Of a stretch of 64,000 bases of DNA, positions 61,547 through 64,000 are shown in pieces. The stretch spans positions 32,001-96,000 of the forward strand of contig CAVZQC010000006.1 of assembly GCA_963777315.1 (NCBI GenBank). The letters run 5' to 3'. The stretch is from Vulcanimicrobiota bacterium. GTDB taxonomy: Bacteria; Vulcanimicrobiota; Vulcanimicrobiia; Vulcanimicrobiales; Vulcanimicrobiaceae. The notes under the pieces were generated by a model. The model saw nothing but the letters and a program-made list of their open reading frames with translations, was not told the DNA's origin and did no database searches. Positions within the stretch are counted from its first letter, which is position 1; each line of letters opens with the position of its first letter. The position numbers and the translations under genes were made by a program.

Positions 61547-62424
61547 GTCCGGCCGCGTTCGGCCGATTTTGCCCGTAGGTACGCCGCTAAGCCCTCGCGC
61601 CAGCCGGGCATCGACATCCCCAGAGCGTGCAGCCGCGCGTTGCGCAGCGCCGAGTACGCCGGCCGGCGCACGGACGATTGCCAGTCTCGGTGCGAGATCG
61701 GTTCGATCGTTCGTTCGATCCCGGCAATCCGCAGCGCTTCGCTCGCGTACTCGTGCCAGGTGACCGCGCCTTCGTTGACCATGTGATACACCCCGCACGG
61801 CGCATCCGCGTCGAGCAGCGCGAGCAGCCCCTGCGCCAAGTCTGCGGCGTACGTGGGCGAAACGGTTTGATCGGCGACCACGCGCAGCGGTTCTCCGGCC
61901 CGCGCCTGCGATACGATCCGATCGAGGAACGTATAGCCTTTGCTGCTGCTGGGCCGCAGTCCGTACACGCCGCACGTGCGCACGACATAGCAGCGTGAGG
62001 CGAGCCGCAGCGCGAGCAGTTCGCCGGCATATTTCGAAGCGCCGTACACGTTGATCGGATTGGGCCGCGCGCGCTCGTCGTACGGCCGGCCGAGCATTCC
62101 GTCGAAAACGTAATCCGTGCTGATGGTGATGAAGGCGGCGTTTCGCTGCGCGCACAATTCGGCAAGCGCATTCACCGCCAGCGTGTTGGCCGCAAACGCC
62201 TTTTCGGGTTCGGATTCGCAGCGTTCGACGTGGTGAAAGGCCGCGCAGTTCACCACGGCCTGCGGAGCGTACCGATCGAAGGCCGGCGTTAGCGCCGCCC
62301 GGTCCGCGACGTCCACCTCCGAGCGCGCCGGCGCGGCGATTTCGCAAGCGGTCCACAACCGGCGAATCTCCGTGCCCAGCTGGCCGGAGCCGCCCAGCAG
62401 CAGGACGCGGCGCGGGGAAGGCAC
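61450..62424 (-). CDS. rfbD: dTDP-4-dehydrorhamnose reductase-like (RmlD)
   Basis: LGGSGQLG, NCAAF, ISTDYVFDG, YGASK, DQTVSPT, RPAYSAL; the 3' overlap with the opposite gene may reflect an indel. Confidence 0.9.
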   Translation of the reverse strand: MPSPRRVLLLGGSGQLGTEIRRLWTACEIAAPARSEVDVADRAALTPAFDRYAPQAVVNCAAFHHVERCESEPEKAFAANTLAVNALAELCAQRNAAFITISTDYVFDGMLGRPYDERARPNPINVYGASKYAGELLALRLASRCYVVRTCGVYGLRPSSSKGYTFLDRIVSQARAGEPLRVVADQTVSPTYAADLAQGLLALLDADAPCGVYHMVNEGAVTWHEYASEALRIAGIERTIEPISHRDWQSSVRRPAYSALRNARLHALGMSMPGWREGLAAYLRAKSAERGRTHNVSSGMAKTIGPSATNSVPPSMTGDETENG

Positions 62425-62483
62425 GGCGTAACAAATGCGCCCGCGAACGGTAGAAGCCTCCAAGAACCCGAATTGACAGGAGT

Positions 62484-63116
62484 ATGGCGATCGGAGAGCA
62501 GAGCGACGAGGCTCTGGTGCGTCGGGTCCGTAACGGCGAGCGCGAGCTCTTCTCGGTTCTGGTCGACCGGTACAAACGTGGGATTGCAAGTTTCATCAGC
62601 GCCGGCGTGCGCAGCCCGTCGGACGTGGCCGACCTCTCGCAGGAGACATTTCTGCGCGTCTACGCGCACCTGGACACCTTCAATCCCGCGCTCGGCAAAT
62701 TCTCGACGTGGATCTATCAAATTGCGCGAAACGTGGTGCGCACGCACTTGGGCAAGTCCCAGCGACGCGTTGCGGTTGCGGAACTTCCCGAAGATCGCAC
62801 GCTCGAAAACGCCTTGCCCGACGATTCGGGCGAGAGCGATCCCGCCGGCGGCGTGTTGCGCCAAGAAGCCGAGCGCGAGCTGCGCGAAGCGCTGGCCATG
62901 CTGCCCGAACGCACGCGGACGGTTCTAGCGTTGCGCTACTACAACAACATGGAGTACCACACCATAGCCAGCACGCTGGGCCTATCGCTGGGAAACGTGA
63001 AAACGCTCATTCACCGCGGCAAGATCGCGCTCGCGCAAAAGATGCGCGAGCGTGAAGCGCACGCCATGCAAAGCGTCGCCCCGAAGGGAGGCACCCGTGC
63101 GCTGCTCGTCCTGTAA
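62484..63116 (+). CDS. ECF sigma factor, SigW/RpoE-like
   Basis: DLSQETFLRVY, KFSTWIYQIARN, IASTLGLSLGNVKTLIHRG; AGGAG RBS. Confidence 0.92.
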   Translation: MAIGEQSDEALVRRVRNGERELFSVLVDRYKRGIASFISAGVRSPSDVADLSQETFLRVYAHLDTFNPALGKFSTWIYQIARNVVRTHLGKSQRRVAVAELPEDRTLENALPDDSGESDPAGGVLRQEAERELREALAMLPERTRTVLALRYYNNMEYHTIASTLGLSLGNVKTLIHRGKIALAQKMREREAHAMQSVAPKGGTRALLVL

Positions 63117-63657
63117 GCCTTTGCTCGAGCGTTACGTGGCGGGCAGGCTCACGCCGCGCGGAATGGCCCGGATAAGCGCGCACGTGCGCGAGTGCGCCGA
63201 GTGCAGCGCGCTGCTCGATGAAATCAAGGTCGTCGAGGGTTTACTGTTCACCGCTCCGGCGCCCGATTTGCCGCAGAACTTCACGTTCGCCGTCATGGCC
63301 GAAGTGCAGACGCTTCCGGCGCCGCGGGCGCGCCAGCATCCGCTCTGGAGCTTTCTGGTGCTGTATCCGGCCGCAGCTTGGGCGGCGATCGTCGTCGCCA
63401 TGGCGCTCACGCGAACCTCGCCGAACGCCGTTGCCGGCATGCTTGCCGGCAGTTTGTCGCGCGCAGGCGCGGCATCCGGTGCTTTTGCGGCAAATATTTC
63501 GCACGGTCTTTCGACCACGATGCCTTCGCTGGCGGCATTCGGCGCAGGCGTTCTCCTCATCGACGCCGTCGTCGCGTGCGCGTTTGCGCTGCTCTACGTC
63601 GTCGTGCGGCCGCGTCTTGCGGCACATCTTGCGCCATCCCGGGAGGCCGTTCAATGA
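63097..63657 (+). CDS. Zinc-finger (ZAS) membrane anti-sigma factor
   Basis: RCSSC..HVRECAEC (HxxxCxxC), two TM segments; GGAGG RBS before GTG. Confidence 0.85.
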   Translation: MRCSSCKPLLERYVAGRLTPRGMARISAHVRECAECSALLDEIKVVEGLLFTAPAPDLPQNFTFAVMAEVQTLPAPRARQHPLWSFLVLYPAAAWAAIVVAMALTRTSPNAVAGMLAGSLSRAGAASGAFAANISHGLSTTMPSLAAFGAGVLLIDAVVACAFALLYVVVRPRLAAHLAPSREAVQ

Positions 63658-64000
63658 AAAATCGTCGCTACGCGCTGGTCGTTGCCGCGTTCGCCATCGC
63701 GCTGGCCGCGACGCTGGCACCGGCGTCCGCTCACACGCAGTCGATAACGCACGGCGGCCTCTATTTCGGCGACGTCGTCGTCGGGCCCGATCAAGTCGTC
63801 GACGGCGACATCACCGTCGTTTTGGGCGATGCCGACATCCAAGGACGCGTGAACGGCAACGTCACCGCTTACGGCGGCGACGTGAAGTCCGAGCCCGGTT
63901 CGGAGATTACGGGACAGGAATATCCGTACCGCAGCAGTCTGATGTCGTGGGTGCCGTGGCTGCCCGGCAGCTCGACGATCGCGCGCGAAAACGAACGTCT
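63654..64000 (+). CDS. Exported protein with bactofilin-like beta-helix repeats (partial)
   Basis: MKNRRYALVVAAFAIALAA signal; GDVVVGPDQVVDGDITVVLGDADIQGRVNGNVTAYGGDV. Confidence 0.7.
   Translation, partial: MKNRRYALVVAAFAIALAATLAPASAHTQSITHGGLYFGDVVVGPDQVVDGDITVVLGDADIQGRVNGNVTAYGGDVKSEPGSEITGQEYPYRSSLMSWVPWLPGSSTIARENER

Overview
A 64-kb GC-rich bacterial chromosomal segment, mostly encoded on the minus strand. The combination of Terrabacteria-type features (GAAC-N4-GTTC SOS boxes, a divergent lexA/LysM pair, leaderless promoters) with outer-membrane TonB-type receptors suggests a diderm Terrabacterium, possibly Eremiobacterota (inference only). Contents in order: (1) 1-16.8 kb, a compact flagellar-type T3SS cluster (flgB-flgC-fliE-fliF-fliH-fliI-lytic transglycosylase-aspartyl protease-hypothetical-rod/hook protein-SPOA protein-fliN-fliP-fliQ-fliR-flhB-flhA) with a FliG-like segment fused to FliF, interrupted by metF and by a SigK/RskA-TPR-DUF4331 module; (2) housekeeping genes rpsI, rplM, thyA, folA, truA, lysS, greA, plus a metallothionein missed by the ORF track; (3) a class-III aminotransferase / SRPBCC / acyl-ACP-reductase-like operon, a candidate fatty-amine pathway; (4) a Flp pilin behind a near-consensus sigma-28 promoter, CoA biosynthesis genes, and lexA/LysM with three SOS boxes; (5) toxin-antitoxin modules and two tandem Cys-rich TonB-dependent-receptor-like genes; (6) sucCD, thiolase-hbd-acyl-CoA dehydrogenase, gmd/rmd, lysine 5,6-aminomutase and an ECF sigma/anti-sigma pair. 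About 15 single-base frameshifts spread over unrelated genes point to long-read consensus errors, so apparent pseudogenes and two apparent gene fusions are treated with caution. No rRNA, tRNA, CRISPR array or transposase was recognised.
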